This document shows, piece by piece, positions 1 to 14,237 of a DNA stretch of 64,000 nt. The notes beneath the pieces are model-generated. The model searched no databases and was not told the origin of the DNA. It saw nothing but the letters and a program-made list of their open reading frames with translations. The position numbers and the translations under genes were made by a program. The stretch covers positions 26,254,343-26,318,342 of the forward strand of contig OZ037766.1 in the NCBI GenBank assembly GCA_964035545.1, read 5' to 3'. Numbering within the stretch: position 1 is the first letter of the stretch; each line of letters starts with the position of its first letter. Source of the DNA: Bugula neritina (Eukaryota > Animalia > Bryozoa).

Positions 1-362
1 CTTAGACAATATACATGTGACATTGTAGACATGTGGTACTATAGATATGTGACACTATAGACATGATACTATAGACATGTGACACTGTAGACATGTGACG
101 CTATAGACATGTGATACTATGGACATGTGTCTATGGACATGTGACACTATAGACATGTGACACTGTAGACATGTGACGCTATAGACATGTGATACTATGG
201 ACATGTGTCTATGGACATGTGACACTATAGACATGTGACACTGTAGACATGTGACGCTATAGACATGTGATACTATGGACATGTGTCTATGGACATGTGA
301 CACTATAGACATGTGACACTATAGACATGTGACACTATGACCATGATACTATAGACATGTGA
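1..362. repeat. Intronic minisatellite, ~16-bp unit (GACACTATAGACATGT variants) with 78-bp higher-order period
   Basis: Directly visible tandem units; the 26-aa periodicity of ORF 55..312 reflects the 78-bp period. Confidence 0.95.
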
Positions 363-630
363 TTTTTGGTCCATCGCCATTGTTGTGTACAGCCAAAGAA
401 GACGATTTCGTTTGAATTCCCTCAAATTTTCTCGTACGAATGTTTTTTCGTGTCAAATAGACAATTTCGTGTGATTCTCACAATCGTGAGGCCAGGCCTT
501 TACATTTATAATGCACTTTCACAAATAAAACACTATTCTATCAGCATATGTATACATTATTATTTGGTTATTATCATATCATTATCCAGTGTGTAGCAAC
601 TTTAAATTAGAAAAAAATTAGTAATTCTAC

Positions 631-3600
631 CTGCACAAGGTTGTGTGTTGCATTCTTTTCGCTGCCATTCCACTGATTCTTTGTCAATATTTTCAGGTAC
701 GCCACCTTCACAAAACCTTCCTCCAAAAGAAGGTGATGGAGCATCACAACTTCTCTTTCTAGCGCTGGTTCCACCTCCACAAGTTTTGGTACAGCTGATC
801 CAAGACTCCCAGGCTTCCCATGCTCCATGAACTGGTTTCATAAGACATAAGCACTCATATATTTAGGCTTTATGTTCATGCAACGCCAGTGAATGGCTTT
901 ACATGCATGCACCACCAACTGTACATATTGATTAGAACTTTCTATTATACACAGCACAAAACTCAAGGATGTGCATCAGCTTTAAAGTAAAGTTCCTTCA
1001 AATTTTTTTCATCACACTTTCAGTGGAGCTAAAAGTGCATCCCAGTTAACTTATACTCTAAAATCAGTCTCGTGTAATGAACAGTACAGCATTATACAAA
1101 TGCTTCGTTTTTTTTTCAATTAAAACTATAATTTGCTACTTGACATAATACAACTTGAGCCTTCCAAACCTAGAAAGAGATTTTCTAGAAAAGACATTGA
1201 GAATATAGCATTAAATCCGTTAACAAATTGAAAATTATACTGGGCATGTGAACTATGCTATAAGTTATAACATATAAAGTTCATTACAAGAAAATTAATT
1301 TACAATGCACTGAAGAAGTAAAAAGAACTTGCTGATACTCTTCAGAAAGTAACAAGGACTTACTTGGACATATGTGACTGTTGCAGTTTCTGTGCTCTGT
1401 TTCACGACCTCCGCCACACACAACCTCATTCAAACAGTCTCTGAATCTGTTCTGGGATCCTCCAGCACACGAGACTGTACAGATACTCCACTTTGACCAG
1501 GGTGTGTGATCTAACTTCTTTTCTGGTGTCACCACGCCTCCTCCACTCTGCCCTCCGTTTAAGTTCAGGTTCTGTGTTTGAACTATTACTGCAAATCAAT
1601 ATTGTGGTAAATCACTTACTTAGTTTGATACTTGGAGCTAAAATGTTTTATTAACTAAACTTTATTTACTTTGATGTAAATTTGCAGTATTTTAAGCTAT
1701 TATAAACCTTAGTTTACAATATATTATGTCATCATCAGTGTATGATATTCTGTGATATGCATAACAAGCATGATTTATCAATGCAATAATGTTATATTTT
1801 ATCAAACAGTATAGGTATTAGGGAGAACTAGCCACATGTTTAATTCCTAGCACTATCAATGTCTAATTAATTCCCTTTTTATATAATATGTGCTTTTATA
1901 CAGGTGTGATCCAACTTCATTTGGATAAAAATAGATCTAATATAATCAAATGGAGACAGTAACTGGATGGTATATACACAGCCACAAGCTAATTTAAGCA
2001 ACAATAATTTATTATAGCTATATATTATATTGGAAGCATATGGGATATTTTATGTGTCTAAAAATAGTTGTTGTAGTTATCACTAATCATTGATACTGAA
2101 TCAATTGAATTTAACTTCAATAATATTGTAATAGTCTTATTGAAAGTCTTATGGAGTTCAAGCCTGTGTTCAAAAATTACTTTATTGTTGTTTTATGGAA
2201 ATAAAGTTTGATGTACATATCTTCATGCTATAGATATGTTTATATTTAGTAAATAATATATTCTTATTGATATAAAACCCGTCATATTTAAATAGAATAA
2301 ACTGCTATAGCTAGGTTTGCCTAAATTAATTTATATAATTTTACATATAGCGTGTACTGATAATTGCTACACAACAATATGTAAAAGGATAGAAATTTTT
2401 TGACTTCAAGTCAATCACAGGATCGAATTTGTACAATGCATGTTTTTTTATAAGTTCTGATTATTTGAAACTCTACAATTTTGGCAGGTTGAGGTATGCA
2501 AGATAAAATACACACCCCTCTTTAAATGTTATGCTAATGTAAAGGGGATTATTATTTTCAAATGGTTTTGACTTGTATAAAGAATTTTCTCATTAGGTTG
2601 AATGACATTGTTTGCATTTGATTTGCATATGTTTATAATTTGCTTTATGCTAATACTAGTAAGTTATAGTAAACATCATAAATGTGAATAAGGAAGCTTT
2701 ATTTGATCAAAAATTATTCAAGTCCTAACCTCTTGTATTGTAAACCATACTTCCACGTTTTTGTGTAACTTGTAATTGATAAAGTTATATATGCAAAAAC
2801 AAATTACGAAATCATAATTTTAAATGCTCTACAATGCTGGAGATCAAATTTCATTGTCCTAGTCAGTGTGGGAACTTTAAAAATTATTAGGATACCTTAC
2901 AAGCATTATTGAAGCTAAAATTTTGCTATTTAAATGTGTTTTCACTTGTGGGGACAAGAATATCATGTCCTGATAAAGCAGGAGATTGTTCAGCACAAGG
3001 GTAACAAACTTCATGAGCACATAGGTTAGGCCTAAGAAATATTTAGCATTATTGACCATAAATAAACTTAATAAAATTAAGAATGCAATGAAGCCTTATA
3101 ACTTTTATTTTCTTTAGTTATTATAATGTTATTTGTATAAATAGATTAAAATGAGACCACCAATTGAACCAAAATTACCTTAGATGCTTTGCACCTTATG
3201 GTAGCTCAAAGCAGTATTATCTATATGCATGTATAGCTACTGGTATTGATACTGGAGCATGTGTATGTGTATTCATATAGCATTGGCATTTTCACATGCA
3301 ATATAACATGTAGCTCATCCAGTCAATTTATTCATGTAGCCAACACCTGGTTACCATGGTTACAGATCAACATTTATGACATAATGGTATCAAGAGGTGT
3401 GTCAATGTGAACACCCTCTAATTGTTGCATGATAGCTTACTGGAAAAATCTTACACTACTCAATTACCATACAAAGGGCCCATTGTTTTATCATATACAT
3501 GTGAAAAAATTTCATGAGTTATAATTTTTCATAGGGTCGTGGCTACAATTTAGCCCACTTGTTGAGTGATTTACTAAAGGTTTGTATAAGTGTCAAATCC

Positions 3601-4055
3601 CAATTTTAATCATGACTGGAATTCTATTAAGAATAATTAAACCAAATTTGTAATTAAGTAATAATAATTTTATGCCGCTTTTAGTTACTGATTTGTTTTA
3701 AATCTATTTTCATATAATATATTACTTTTTATTATTGTGCTTTTTCATTCATTTAATGAACAATATAATATTTGCATGGCCAGCAGACACAACACAGTAT
3801 AAGATTTTGACTTCATTTTTAGTTTATTTTTTATTTACTATATAACCAACACAAAATTGTTTCTTCTACTTCTGTTACTGCTTTTCTAACGCACAGCTCT
3901 GTGATATTAATAAAGCAATTAGCTTGCCAGTTCAATTGAGTAAATGTACACAAATTATATTCTTAAAGACTTGAAGTTTCTTAGATCTTTATATAAACAC
4001 ACAACTTACCACAGAAGGGAAGCAGCCACATAATCACTGCTATAGCACCGTTCAT
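631..4055 (-). CDS. Secreted thrombospondin type-1 (TSP1) repeat protein, 5' part; coding exons 4055-4010, 1588-1364, 831-631; probably continues beyond window start
   Basis: Exon [15 protein letters not shown](V) is signal-peptide-like; phase-1 GT-AG introns; two TSP1 domains ([22 protein letters not shown] and [25 protein letters not shown]). Confidence 0.85.
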
Positions 4056-4211
4056 ACTTGATAAACACTAGCTTCCAGTATTTCTGCAATAATTTATTTT
4101 TAATTGGTAATGTAGTTTATTGGTTAATTAGTTTAGATATTTGCATATACTTCTATAATCTATAGGGTTAAAGTTAAATCTGTCATTTTCATTAATGGGC
4201 AGTATAATCAT

Positions 4212-5000
4212 TATATACACCACACAGTAATATTATATACACTACAGATTAATATTATATACACTACAGAGTAATATTATATACACTACAGAGTAATATT
4301 ATATACACTACAGAGTAATATTATATACACTACAGAGTAATATTATATACACTACAGAGTAATATTATATACACTACAGAGTAATATTATATACACTACA
4401 GAGTAGTATTATATACACTACAGAGTAATATTATATACACTACAGAGTAGTATTATATACACTACAGAGTAATATTATATACACTACAGAGTAGTATTAT
4501 ATACACTATAGAGTAATATTATATACACTATAGAGTAATATTATATACACTACAGAGTAATATTATATACACTACAGAGTAATATTATATACACTACAGA
4601 GTAATATTATATACACTACAGAGTAATATTATATACACTACAGAGTAGTATTATATACACTACAGAGTAGTATTATATACACTACAGAGTAATATTATAT
4701 ACACTACAGAGTAATATTATATACACTACAGAGTAATATTATATACACTACAGAGTAATATTATATACACTACAGAGTAGTATTATATACACTACAGAGT
4801 AATATTATATACACTACAGAGTAATATTATATACACTACAGAGTAATATTATATACACTACAGAGTAATATTATATACACTATAGAGTAATATTATATAC
4901 ACTACAGAGTAGTATTATATACACTATAGAGTAATATTATATACACTACAGAGTAGTATTATATACACTACAGAGTAATATTATATACACTACAGAGTAG
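4212..5000. repeat. 22-bp minisatellite (TATATACACTACAGAGTAATAT)n
   Basis: About 35 near-identical tandem units, with a degenerate tail to about 5140. Confidence 0.97.
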
Positions 5001-7479
5001 TATATGTAGAATCTGTCATTTATATATGACTGAGTTAACTATTGTTAGCATATATACACTACAAAGTAATAATATATTATATACCACAGAGTAGTATTAT
5101 ATTATATACTACAGAATAGTATTATATACACAACAGAGTATTATTATATTCTGTTATTCACTGAGTTAACTATTATCAGCATATTCTGTATACAGTTTTA
5201 TTAGTTCTTACACTTACCTACATAATACTAGCTTGTCATAATTTACTATAGCTTACTTACACTGTTATGAAGGCGATCTAACAATTAAAGACAAATACAA
5301 TCTTTGGTTATCTTGTACAGAGTGTAGAAATTATGCTATTTTTCTTACCAAAACTACTTATCAATATTTATATATAATTATGTTTTGGGTGTTTTATCAT
5401 AGTCGACCAATAGAAATCCATCTACTTAAAATATGTGTGTAGTTATCTTCTCTATTAATATATGCACAAGACTATAATTTATGCACCTACAGAGTATACA
5501 GTGTTGCATTTTCAATTTCTAACATCTATTTCTAAGTCCAAGATAATTCATTACATTATGTTCAATACTTTGTTGTACATTGCAGCTCTACACTCTATTG
5601 TTTCCAGATCGTATACAGGTTAACACAAAAAGATGACAAAATAAAAGCCCCATTTTAAATGATCACAGACATTAATCGGCTATTTCGTACTACTATGCTG
5701 CTATGCTATACCTTAGAGACACATCGCTTTCAATTTATTGCCTGACCCTAAATACATGATATATGGCAGAGAGTCATCAACATTGAACACATGATTTTAA
5801 TACCTTCCTGAATTGCCTTGCTGACAAAAGAACCTATACGTCATCACAATGACCAGTACATCCTTTTAGCATCTCCCTGCTATAAGACACATGCCCTTTT
5901 AAAGAGCTAAATTTACCCCTACAACACCCTATCTCCAAGAAGCTGACATTCACAGGCAGGAACTCCTCAATGCTATCCAAAAAAACTTGCAGGAGCTACT
6001 TCGCTATATATAGCTCTGCTGGATATGCCAGAAGTGTTCCTCAATCCAGGTAGATCCAACAACAGCAGAGAAGTTAGCATATTTAAGAGAATCCATAATA
6101 AAGGTAATTATTAACTTCTATTATAATATATCCGTATAGTGATAATAATATTATAGTGAATGCACCTATAGGAACCAAATATATTATTGCATTTGTAAAT
6201 TGTACAATTAAATACCAACACACTTTACAACAAAGTTACTACAAGATCTCCTTTATCGGGTCACAACTATTAATATTAATTTTACATGCAAGTCAATATA
6301 AGTTAGACCTTTAATTTGTGCCTAATGCATGCACACGCATATAGATATAATTAAAAGTCTGATTTTCAGTTTGATATCTATTAAAAAAGAATAACCTGAT
6401 AATTTAGGTAATTATAAAACTTATATTTACTGCAAAATTTAAATTCAAATAACTAAAGTCACAAAATTGAAACAGTTTGATAAAATAAAGTGGTGGAAGA
6501 GTTTAATGTCCAAAAAATAATTTTTATTGTCCTTGAGAAAACAACTCCAATTAATCTAGCCTACAACTGCAATAATTGACTTTGAAACTACTTGTAGAAA
6601 TAAATGCATCTGCAAGATTTGTCTAAAATATTATACAATCATAAATGCTGGTTACTTTACTATTAGTTTTTCACTGGTTTACAGAATTTAGAGTTGAACT
6701 TTTATAACAGTCTTATGAAAAGTTGCTAAGCACAGTAATCTTGATGTTTATATTAGTTCAAAGCTTGGATTTTATCATAAAGTGTAGTTCAAAATACAAA
6801 TTATTTCGTAGTGGGTCTGTTGTGATTGGAGTTATGTCATCATGGTTTTTGGACAAATAACAAGCCTTGCGATAGCTGAGAACTGAATACACATGTGATC
6901 ACCTGAAGACTTATGATACTGGTTTGAACTTGGTAAGCTGAGCTAATATTAAGATTACTATTACTATATTATAATTGCTGACTCGTGTTACTTATCTGGT
7001 CAGACAGGCCTTGGCCTGCTACTGCAGAAAACAGGAGCTTTAGAAATATTATGTGTAATATAATCTAATTATTGCATTTCATTCTTGAGATATAGGAAGA
7101 TCACAACATTGTAATTTATATTGTCAAAATAGACTATATTTTTTGCACACTGAAATAAAAGAAAATATCATAATTTTATGAAATTTGTAAGCAATTTGGA
7201 GTTGTCTTTCCAGAGACGAACTAAAGCTTCTATGACAAAGTTAATTTATACAATTATGAATGTATAAGTATTTGTGATCAGATCAAATAATAGTATTAGC
7301 TATATAAACACTCATTCTGGTTGTCAGAAATTATGCTTAAATTGCCGATTTGCAACAAAATAATAATTCCTCATGCCCTGAAAAGGATTTTGTGGAACAA
7401 ATAAAAGAACTATTGATATAAAATTTCCTGTCTACACAACACTGCACACATGTGACAATATGCAATCAGTCTGCATAAA

Positions 7480-7945
7480 TTAGAGCAAAATGCATCCGGA
7501 TGAATCAGAACTTGGATATCGAGCCAAGAGGTCTTCAGCGCTGCAGGCACATTTCAATAACAAGATAACTCTTTTGTTATCCATTCCACTATCTTGTCTC
7601 ACTGTGTAGTGGCAGTTAGGGCTGTAATGTACCTCTTCATCGTCACGGAAGTTTTGACAGTAACAATTACGTTTTAAAATGTACTTCCTGTAAAATTTAA
7701 TAAATTTAGTTGACGTTAGAGTAACCTGTTGATAGCAACTGCCTTTTATACATTAAGGGTTTTAACTAAAGTCTCATGATGCTGGTATAAAAGAATAGTG
7801 CTCACCCTCCACGCCTTTCTGGAGCCTCATAGCGACATCTGCTGTCAGTGTGAAATCCTTCAATTTTTTTGTGGCGAGTCACTTGCCCAGAAACTGTAGC
7901 AGGCTCATCAGAGTAAGACTGGAATTTTCGGCCTGGGTTCGCCAT
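7480..7945 (-). CDS. Cluster gene A: 115-aa double H-x4-C...CxC protein ending in CaaX (CILL); coding exons 7945-7806 and 7687-7480; non-coding exon 1 with donor at 8514
   Basis: Hand-spliced: MANPGRKFQSYSDEPATVSGQVTRHKKIEGFHTDSRCRYEAPERRGG|KYILKRNCYCQNFRDDEEVHYSPNCHYTVRQDSGMDNKRVILLLKCACSAEDLLARYPSSDSSGCILL*. Phase-2 GT-AG intron shared by all six paralogs. Confidence 0.88.
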
Positions 7946-8514
7946 TTCTAGATCAATAAGAAAGTTGCTACAAAACTGATGAACCAGGTTCTATACAGCA
8001 GAAGTTATGTAATATTTTTTATTTGAACGACCACCTTAAAAATACTATTGATATGATAGAGATTAGCACTTTAAATTATTGACACAGTTATACCATGTAT
8101 AAAACTTAAACAGAATAAAGCTAAGACTCTACAGTAATAAGCTTTTTATCTACGAAGCTTTGCTGTAGATATAGCTAGTTTTTTGTTAATAAAAACTCCG
8201 ACGTTTCTCATTTATAGCACTAGTTATGGAAGAAATGGAAGAGAGAGCTGTAATTTTTTGTGCTATGCTATGTTGGACTCTAATAAAGATTTTAGCATGC
8301 ACTACTTTATTTTCCACAAAATCACTTGGAGAAAAATTAAAAATCTTACTAAACATGTGTATAGCAACTGTTTCAAAATTTTCTTTCATCAAAAATAACA
8401 AAGTACCATAATCTATTGTATAGTATAACACATAATGCAATACAATTTGCCACCCAAAATTAACATCAATATTTATAGTATTGCAATAACTAGAGCTGAA
8501 GACAAGCCACTTAC

Positions 8515-8770
8515 CTTTAATAGTTAACAGTTAGAACAGTCAAATATAGAAAGACAGAACTGTAACCAGATGCAGGTTAATACTTTTATCACAGATTCTC
8601 TCTAAATGTAGAAGCATAGAAAAGGCAGCTGCTTTTATATGCCATCTTTAGAAAACCAACTCGTATTAAATTTTTTCATGACACATAAATGTTGTGAGTT
8701 GGAATTCCAAACTATAAGCTGATCATTACAAAATCAATTGCAGTTATTTCAGCATGGAATTTCCATTAGA
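8515..8770 (-). promoter_or_regulatory. Gene A promoter and non-coding exon 1: TATAAAA 8633-8639; kB-like sites 8701-8708 and 8756-8764
   Basis: GGAATTCC and GGAATTTCC on the + strand; the proximal site is AGAAAACC (8650) versus GGAAAACC in B; donor AAG|GTAAGT at 8515/8514. Confidence 0.7.
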
Positions 8771-10258
8771 CAATAGAATAATGCATGCAGCAAACTAGAA
8801 TTCAAGTGCAGTATGTGATATACTATTATATCTCTCATGGTTCTAACTACAATCGTCTACCAGTACGCAGCAAACTAATTGCAAGAGTTTAGTATCACTG
8901 CACATTAAGATGCAGGCAATTTCATGTATGTTGGTCTGTGCACATAATCCTCAGTCTTGGTGTATGAAAAATTCATGTGAAAAGTTTCGGATATTTTATT
9001 CTCTATATTGGCTGTGAGTTAAATAGTTCAAAGTTCGATTGATCTCAGTAGTTAAGATTCTTTAAATTTAATAAAAATATTAAATTAACAACACAGTGTA
9101 TAGCCAGCAAGAAGCCAGGGTTTAAGCATTGCTTCTATCTACAGCTCATGTGTATTTTACTGCAGTTTTGCACTACAAACCAATTTCAGCATAACAAAAT
9201 AAACAGATTTTGGTGGTAGGTAGTTTTTGATGATGGCTAAACCCACAGACTAATAAACAGCTATCCTGCATAAGAATAGCATACTGACATAATAGCACTA
9301 TGGCAGACTGGCTCTAGTCAACATCTTATTACCCATCAAATTCAACAATTAGTTGTGGCAGAAAGCTATTGGCTAATCAGGTGATGCTGTGTTAGTCTAA
9401 AATCTAAATGTATTTCTACTGGAGGCGCCTACAAAATGTGAATGGTAATTTTGAGCATTATAAGCTAGACAGTATTCATATTTTGAGTTCAGTTTTTTTT
9501 AGGTAGCAGTTAAGGCATTGGGCCAAACTATATATAGCTGAATTGCACCGTAAAAAAGAAATTGTAATTGCCGTTGTTAAGTTTTGTGTTAGAATGTTAA
9601 AGATCTGTATATAGCACATTCAACATAAGTTAATTGTTGATGATTAAAGTAATTTCTATCTATAAAAAAATATAAAAGGGAAAAGTACTTTAATACAGTA
9701 AGCATATATTAGGCAGTAAAAGTTTTAAATGTTGAGGTTGCACAATTTTGAAAGTAAAATACTCTTTTATTATTCTTTTGAATAATTATACTTCAAAATG
9801 CAGTTTTTAGGTTCATCTCCACCTAGGACAGAAAACAGGATCTTTAGAAATATTATGTGTAAATTGTCCAATCTAATTATTGCATTTCAATCTTGAAATA
9901 TAGAATGGTCACAATTGCAATTTATACTGTCAAAATAGACTACATTTTTGCACATTGAAATACAAAACTACCATAACTTTATGACACTTGGAAGCAATTT
10001 GGAGTTGTTTCTACGAAGACAAACTGAAACTTCCATGACAAGGTTTGTTTAAACAAATATATTATGCATAAATAAATATTTGTGATAAGATCAAAATAAT
10101 AGCATCAGCTATATATAAGCACCCATTCTGGTGGTCAGTATTTACCCTTAAATTACTTATTTACAACTAAATAAAAACCTCCTAATTTGAAAAGGATTTT
10201 AAAGAACGAATAAAAGAAGTATTGATATAAAGTTTGCTGTCAATATGAAATCAGCCTG

Positions 10259-10757
10259 CTAGGAGATAATGCATCCACATTGATCAGGGGTTTCGGCCCC
10301 CCTGAGTGGCTTTGGATAGCGACTTAAGAGGTTTTCAGTGTAACAGGCACATTTCAATAAAAGGATCACTCTTTGGTTCTCCATCCCACTATCTTGTCTC
10401 ACTGTGTAGTGACAGTTAGGGCTGTAATGTACCTCTTCACCATCATCAAATAGTTCACAGTAACAGTCACGTTTTAAAATGTATTTCCTGTAAAATTGAA
10501 TAAATTCAGTAGACACTAGAGTAACATCCTAATAGTAACTGTTATAAATTCTACATTACTTGTTGCAAATTAGTATATAAGAGTTTTGTGCTATTGGCAT
10601 TAAAGAATAGTACTTACTCGCCACGCCTTTCTGGAGACTTATAGTGACATTTGCTGTCCATGTGAAATCCTTCAATCTTTTTGTGACGAGTCACTTGCTC
10701 AGAAGATGTAGCAGGCTCAATGGAATAGTTTGAGAACTTGCAGCCAGGATTTGTCAT
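10259..10757 (-). CDS. Cluster gene B: 122 aa, ends QCGCIIS (CaaX); coding exons 10757-10618 and 10487-10259; exon 1 donor at 11325
   Basis: MTNPGCKFSNYSIEPATSSEQVTRHKKIEGFHMDSKCHYKSPERRGE|KYILKRDCYCELFDDGEEVHYSPNCHYTVRQDSGMENQRVILLLKCACYTENLLSRYPKPLRGAETPDQCGCIIS*. Confidence 0.88.
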
Positions 10758-11325
10758 TTCTAAATCGATAAGAATATTGTTCCAAAACTGTTGACTCTAA
10801 TTCAAAACAAAAAAATATGTAACATTTTGTTATTTGAATGACTAGCTAAAAATAATATTGGGTTGATAGAGATTAGCACTTTAAAATGATGATGAAGTTA
10901 TCCCATATATAAAACTTAAAAAAATAAAGCTAAGACTCTACAGTAATAAGCTTTAACTTATCTACAAAGCATTGTTGTGGGCAATGCTAGCTTTTTGTTA
11001 ATGTAAAAGCCATTGTTTTGAATTTATAGTAATAGTTATGAGAGAAATGGTAAAGGGTTGTAATATTTATGCTATGTTAGATTCTAATTAATATTTGATC
11101 ATTTTTCACTATATTACTCAGAGAAAAATTTAAGATATTACTAAACATGTGTAAAGCAACTGTTTCAAAATCTCCCTTCATCACAAAAGTAACAAAGTAG
11201 CGTAATCGAACATAGTTATAGTATAACATATACAAGTTATATATAATGCAACACAAATGGTCACTCAAAATTAGCATCAATATTTATAGTATTGCAATAA
11301 CTAGAACTGAATACAAGCCACTTAC

Positions 11326-11570
11326 CTTTAATAGTTAGTAGGTAGAACAGTCAAATATAGAAAGAGAGGACTATAACTGAATAATTTTATCACAAATTCT
11401 CTCCATGTGCAGAAACATAGAAAAGGCAGCTGCTTTTATATGCCATCTTTGGAAAACCAACTCGTATTAGATTTTTTCATGACACATAAATAATAAGAAT
11501 TGGAATTCCAAACTATAAGCTGATCCTTACATGATCAGTTGCTGGTATTTCAGCATGGAATTTCCAGTAG
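11326..11570 (-). promoter_or_regulatory. Gene B promoter: TATAAAA 11434-11440; kB-like sites at 11451, 11502, 11557
   Basis: GGAAAACC, GGAATTCC, GGAATTTCC; homologous to the promoter of A. Confidence 0.7.
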
Positions 11571-12599
11571 GCAATAAAACAATGCATGCAGCAAACTGGA
11601 ATTTAATCCTGGGTATGCGATATACTATTGTAATATCTCTCACAGTTCTAACTACAAATACAGTATCCACCAGTACGCAACAAACTAATTGCAAGCGTTT
11701 AGTATCACTGCACATTAAGATGCAAGCAGTTTTGTTTATGTTTGTTTGATGTGCACAAATATAATTCTTAATCTTAGTCCATGAAAAATGTATGTGAAAA
11801 GTTTTGGATATTTTATTTTTTAAATTGGCTTTGAGTTAAATAGTTCCAAGTTCGATTGATCTCAGAGATTCTTTCAATTAAAAAGAAACATAAAGCTCAC
11901 AAAATTATAGTGTATAGCTGGTAAGAAGCCAAAGCTGACCCATTGCTTCTATCTACAGCTCAGCTTATGTGTATTTTGCAGTTTTGCACAGCAAATCTTT
12001 CAGCATAACAAAACAAACACTTCAAGTGATTATAGTAGGTAGTTTTTGATGATGGCTAAACCCACAGACTATTAAACAGCTATAATATTGCATAAGAATA
12101 TATAATCATAGCATACTGGCTATACTTAGAACCTTTCAACTATAGTCAGCATTTTGTAGCCAATCAAATTGTGGTGGAAAGCTGTTGGCTAATCATGCTG
12201 GCCATACAATGGGAATAGGAATTTTTGAGCATTATAAGCTAGACAGTATTCTTGATTTCAGTTCAGTTTTCCTTTAAGTAAAAGCTAAAGCATTGGGCCA
12301 AACTATAGCTGAATTGCACTGTAAAAAACAAATTTCGACTACCAATACTGAGTTTTAAGTTAGAGTGTTGGAGATCTGTTTGGAATATGGCACATTCAAC
12401 ATGAGTTCATTATTGTCTATAATTAAAGTTATTTCTAGCCATAGAAAAAAGTTAAAAGCAGTAAGTAAGTTAATATAGTCAGCATATATTATGCAGTAGA
12501 AAATGTTGAAAATTGAGGTTGTACACAATTGTAAACTTCAACTGCTCTTCTATCATTCATTCGAATAATTATATTTCAAAAATAATATGTTGGAATATA

Positions 12600-12870
12600 T
12601 TTTATGAGAATTCCCAAATGTAAAGCAAGATCTGCAGCTATTTTTAGATTAATGCAAAACATAATAGCCTGCATTTTCTGAAAGGCAGGCTTGGAAATCC
12701 AACTTGGAACATAACTTTTTGCTTGCATGTACAATATTCCATTATTGCTTGATGGAATTCCCATTGAATGATTTATGCAAGAAAATGGAAATTCCAATGC
12801 TCAAGTTCCCAATAACAACAATGACTCATCACATACAGCGCTATTCCTAATTATCACACGTGATGTTTTA
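12600..12870. promoter_or_regulatory. Distal kB/AP-1-like enhancer block, copy 1
   Basis: GAGAATTCCC 12606, GGAAATCC 12693, GGAATTCCC 12754, GGAAATTCC 12787, TGACTCA 12822; homologous to 18220-18430. Confidence 0.55.
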
Positions 12871-13516
12871 ACACTTCACAACAAACTATACTGAGATGTG
12901 AAATGTAAGGCTTGAGTTGATGCTTTACCTTTGTACATTTTTCGGTGCTTTTAGTCAATAAAAGTATTTATAGAAAACATAAACATGATTATATTTGTAT
13001 TCAAACATGGAACTATGTAACCACGTTTGTATTTTTTCAGATCAAGGCAGCCTCATGCTGCCAATAAATTTGTGGCTGAACGCTATTGGCTAACCACGTC
13101 ATGCCGTATTAGTCTAAACGAATTTTGTAGTTTATTAGTAATTTTTCTAGAATGATTATCAGCAACTTTTTGCCATTTGATATATAAATGTGTAGTCTTG
13201 AGTTTAGTAGAAGAAACATAAGGTGTTATTTTTTGTTTAACTTGTGAATAATTATTGTCTCTAATTTAATTTTAAAACCAGAAATGAGGTTTGAAAAGAG
13301 TAATCTGGTATAAGTGAATAAATTTATTGATGGTAATCAGTAATTGTAACTGTGAATGTAATTTTAAGTAATTAAAATTGACAAAACAAATTTTATAAAT
13401 GAAATCTGTACCTCTTTCATTGGCCACTCAGCATAATGCAGAATAAATGCACAATAAAGTAAATATTTTGTAGTCAAATGACATTCAAAAACAGAACACT
13501 AGGTATATTGTTATAA

Positions 13517-14237
13517 CTAATATCCTGGTTTTGGAGATCGACTCAGCAGTCTTGGATTCACACAATAGCATTTCAGCAGTAAGACAACATTATTAGTACC
13601 AGTGTCTTGCCTCACGGTATAGTGACACTGATCACTGCCATGTACTTCATCACCAGCATCAAATCTTCCACAATAACATTTACGGCGTAGAGTGTAGTTC
13701 CTACAAAATCGTACACATAGATTATATATAACACTGAAGACTAGAATACTTGTACTATTAGCACATAATTGTTAAAAGATCTTCATGATTTCAGTAACTT
13801 AATTAATCATTAGAAGGGAAATATATAGAAGCTAAAACCCGCCTAGTATATGAATGAAAAAAAATAAAAGAAATGTTATTTCAAGTGGTTGAGTTTTTGA
13901 GCCAAATGCTCAAAATATTATTTTAATAAGTATTCATATAAAAAAACACTCCTAACTTAGAATTTTTATAATTAAAGTTTAGGTTGAACAAATATTTTTA
14001 CTATTTACAGTAGTATCTGCACAATAATTATTCTATATCACATCACCTGTTGCAAATAATATTATTGAGATCTCATTTTATAGCATAGAATACTTACCGC
14101 CCATTCCACTGTGCCGGCCCATAGCAACAATTGCTGTCAGTGTGAAATCCTTCAATCTTTTTGTGTGACACAACTTGCCCAGAAACTGTGGCAGGCTCGT
14201 TAGAATAAGATGAGAAGGTGCGACCACGATTTGCCAT
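13517..14237 (-). CDS. Cluster gene C: 107 aa, no CaaX; coding exons 14237-14098 and 13700-13517; exon 1 donor about 14729
   Basis: MANRGRTFSSYSNEPATVSGQVVSHKKIEGFHTDSNCCYGPAQWNGR|NYTLRRKCYCGRFDAGDEVHGSDQCHYTVRQDTGTNNVVLLLKCYCVNPRLLSRSPKPGY*. Confidence 0.86.

Noticed and set aside
55-312. Repetitive ORF MSIVSHVHRH...
   Set aside because: Translation of an intronic minisatellite; there are no unique spacers, so it is not CRISPR-like either.
5650-6110. Higher-complexity stretch upstream of the TSP1 gene that looks like decayed coding sequence
   Set aside because: All frames are interrupted and I recognise no motif; may be an old transposon fragment.
7688-7726. Alternative upstream acceptor (CAACAG|GTTACTC) for gene A exon 3
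   Set aside because: With the phase-2 donor it gives an immediate TAA and it is not conserved in B; the TTTACAG|G acceptor is.
8183-8440. Short ORFs on both strands (also 11077-11280 and 11531-11749)
   Set aside because: They lie in intron 1 or promoter DNA of the A/B duplicates and the frames are not preserved between copies.
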